This document shows, in pieces, positions 20,391 to 22,135 of a DNA stretch of 22,135 bases. The translations under genes and the position numbers were made by a program. The stretch lies in NCBI GenBank assembly GCA_001662655.1, contig KV460275.1. One strand, 5' to 3'. A model generated the notes under the pieces. The model did no database searches. It worked only from the letters and a program-made list of their open reading frames with translations, and was not told where the DNA came from. This DNA is from Pseudogymnoascus verrucosus. Its lineage: Eukaryota. The first letter of the stretch is position 1; the number at the start of each line of letters is the position of its first letter.

Positions 20391-22052
20391 CTATAACTTA
20401 AAGGAATTAGATGAACTAGATATATCTACAGCTTCTTAATAAGTTTGTACGTTATAACTAGCTTTTCTATAGATCCCACAGCGCTGCCTAGACTGTTGCC
20501 CCTCCCTACAACTACCCCCTACTATACGTACGTTGCGTTGTATCTGCTCATCTACGTCCTCCTATGTAATAATATCCTATGCATCCTCTACTATAAGTGC
20601 ACCCCCTTTATAGACACAAGCCTTTTTAGCCCTATAGCGTTTGCTAAGGGCTTCATTAGCTGCTTAAAGGGTATGCACCTTAGTAGATAGAAGGGTGTTC
20701 TTATGGGCTAGTTGCTCTATACCCTTTGCTAGCGTAACAACTGTCTTAAAAAGTAGAGTTAGCAAGCTCCCTTAGTGACAGGCAATCCGATTTCAAACAA
20801 GTGTTGTTTATGAAAGAGCCTTAGTTAGGTTAGAAGGGGTCTAGGAGACCTAAGGGGTGGTGTTGGCAGTAGAGGGTCTAGAGGGAGTTAGAGTTCATAA
20901 CTTTACGTCAAGCTTTAAAAGCACTGCTTACAGGTTAAAAGGCACTAAGCTAGCTCTATAGAATCTAGCCTAATAGTTTTAGGCTGTTATTAACTCCTTA
21001 TATGCTGCTATAAAGGCTAGAAAGAACTCTACCTTTGTGATATAGTTAATATAGGCTTTAATAAACGTCTTAATCTACTAACTATACATCTGCTTTAATA
21101 CACTAAAGCACCTAACATTAAGTGGCTAGGTTAAATGAGACGAGTAAGAAGGTAGTCTAAGAGTTATAATGTTATGTAACTTATAGTACTCTTAGAACTT
21201 AGCTGATTTATAACTCTTATGCCCATCTAAGACTAGTATTTAATATAGACCCCTTATATAAGTAGCAGTGTGTTTATTAAAGTGTTTTAGCCATTCTAGA
21301 CCTATCTTATTATTTATCTATCTATTACTTGTCAGTTTAATAACCTAGTTAGGTGGGAGGCTACTGTCTATATACTAATTTAAAAGGTGGTTCTTGCCCT
21401 AAACTACTAGAAATGGAGGAACACTCTAGCCTTTACTATTAATACAAGTAATTACTATAGCCTATTCCTAATTCCCTAGCTAAACTACCTTGCCTCTACT
21501 ACGTTGATCTATATAGGTTACAACCATTATAGGGCAAATCACACCTATTATAAAGCTAGTTTCGTTAAAGTTATAGAAGTTGTAGTCTAAAACCCTATAT
21601 TTTGCCCTTATATTTTCTACTAGTTAAAACTATGCGCTAATTAGCTTAGGATCTTTGCATAAGGCCCTTTAGAAATTATAAACGTAATTAAAACGCGTCT
21701 TAAGGGCTAGTTGTCGTTATATAAACCGCTATGCCTAGTAGCCTCTAACACGCGTCCCCCTACGCGATTTAAGAATAAAATTAGCCATATCTTCTACACT
21801 AGCTAGCTAGGGTGCAAACCCTCTAGAATCTAGCTTAAGTATATTCTAAACAATCACTTCCTCCTCTAACTTAGACAATTTAATATTTGCTAGCTGTTGC
21901 TTAGGGAGGGGAAGGTGGCTGTTCATTCTAAGCCTAAGTAACGATTTAGGAACTTTATAGAGCTTTGTAGCAGCTTAACGGCTTAGCTTTCTAGACGTTT
22001 AAATAGCCTTAATAGCTAGAATGATTTTTACTTCTTTAGTAATAACTAACAT
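20391..22052 (-). pseudogene. Fot1/pogo-family DDE transposase (~553 aa) with RIP stops
   Basis: Start, middle and end share one frame: N-terminal HTH (ILAI.AI..S.KLS..AA.KLYKVP), YNF(D>N)ET(G>S)F, LVLDGH, SSHLT.PL(D>N)V.CF, and a C-terminal RCGI(C)..(H)N..T(C) knuckle. Confidence 0.93.
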
Positions 22053-22103
22053 AGTAGAAGGTAGATAAAACGCGTTCTAAAGTAAGAGGGTAGGGAATTT
22101 GCA

Positions 22104-22135
22104 AAAAGTACATAGGGTCCTATTGTGCATAGGGT
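22104..22135. repeat. Right terminal inverted repeat (partial)
   Basis: Reverse complement of 20306-20337 with one G->A mismatch. Confidence 0.9.

Larger units (their letters stand above)
20291..22135 (-). mobile_element. Fot1/pogo-type (Tc1-mariner superfamily) DNA transposon, ~1.86 kb, right TIR cut by window end
   Basis: TA (20289-20290) followed by acgtggg... TIR. 20306-20337 matches the reverse complement of 22104-22135 at 31/32. Encloses a DDE transposase. Confidence 0.95.

Noticed and set aside
20445..20690. 81-aa + strand hydrophobic ORF
   Set aside because: Shadow ORF opposite the transposase C-terminus. Its composition reflects RIP.

Overview
Fungal (filamentous ascomycete-type) transposon nest. 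I see no host genes, and every element carries C->T/G->A transitions typical of repeat-induced point mutation (RIP). (1) A complete 7.8-kb chromodomain Ty3/Gypsy element (family A, - strand, 875-8670, 299-bp LTRs) is inserted, with a 5-bp target duplication, into an older and more mutated copy of itself (1-874 + 8671-15244). (2) That older copy abuts the gag 3' end of a second, heavily mutated chromovirus (family B, + strand, 15245-20290). (3) B also carries a solo LTR of a third family (17039-17527) and a Fot1/pogo DNA transposon (20291 to window end) in its 3' LTR. The main observation is that both retrotransposon families carry an extra ANTISENSE gene between pol and the polypurine tract. 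Each encodes, once RIP is reversed, a ~200-aa protein with an N-terminal Zn(II)2Cys6-like cysteine cluster and a helical C-terminus. In family A the gene has two canonical spliceosomal introns and a KKRKR NLS-like motif. Family A also shows a 13-bp self-priming PBS (Tf1-type) and a -1 frameshift signal.
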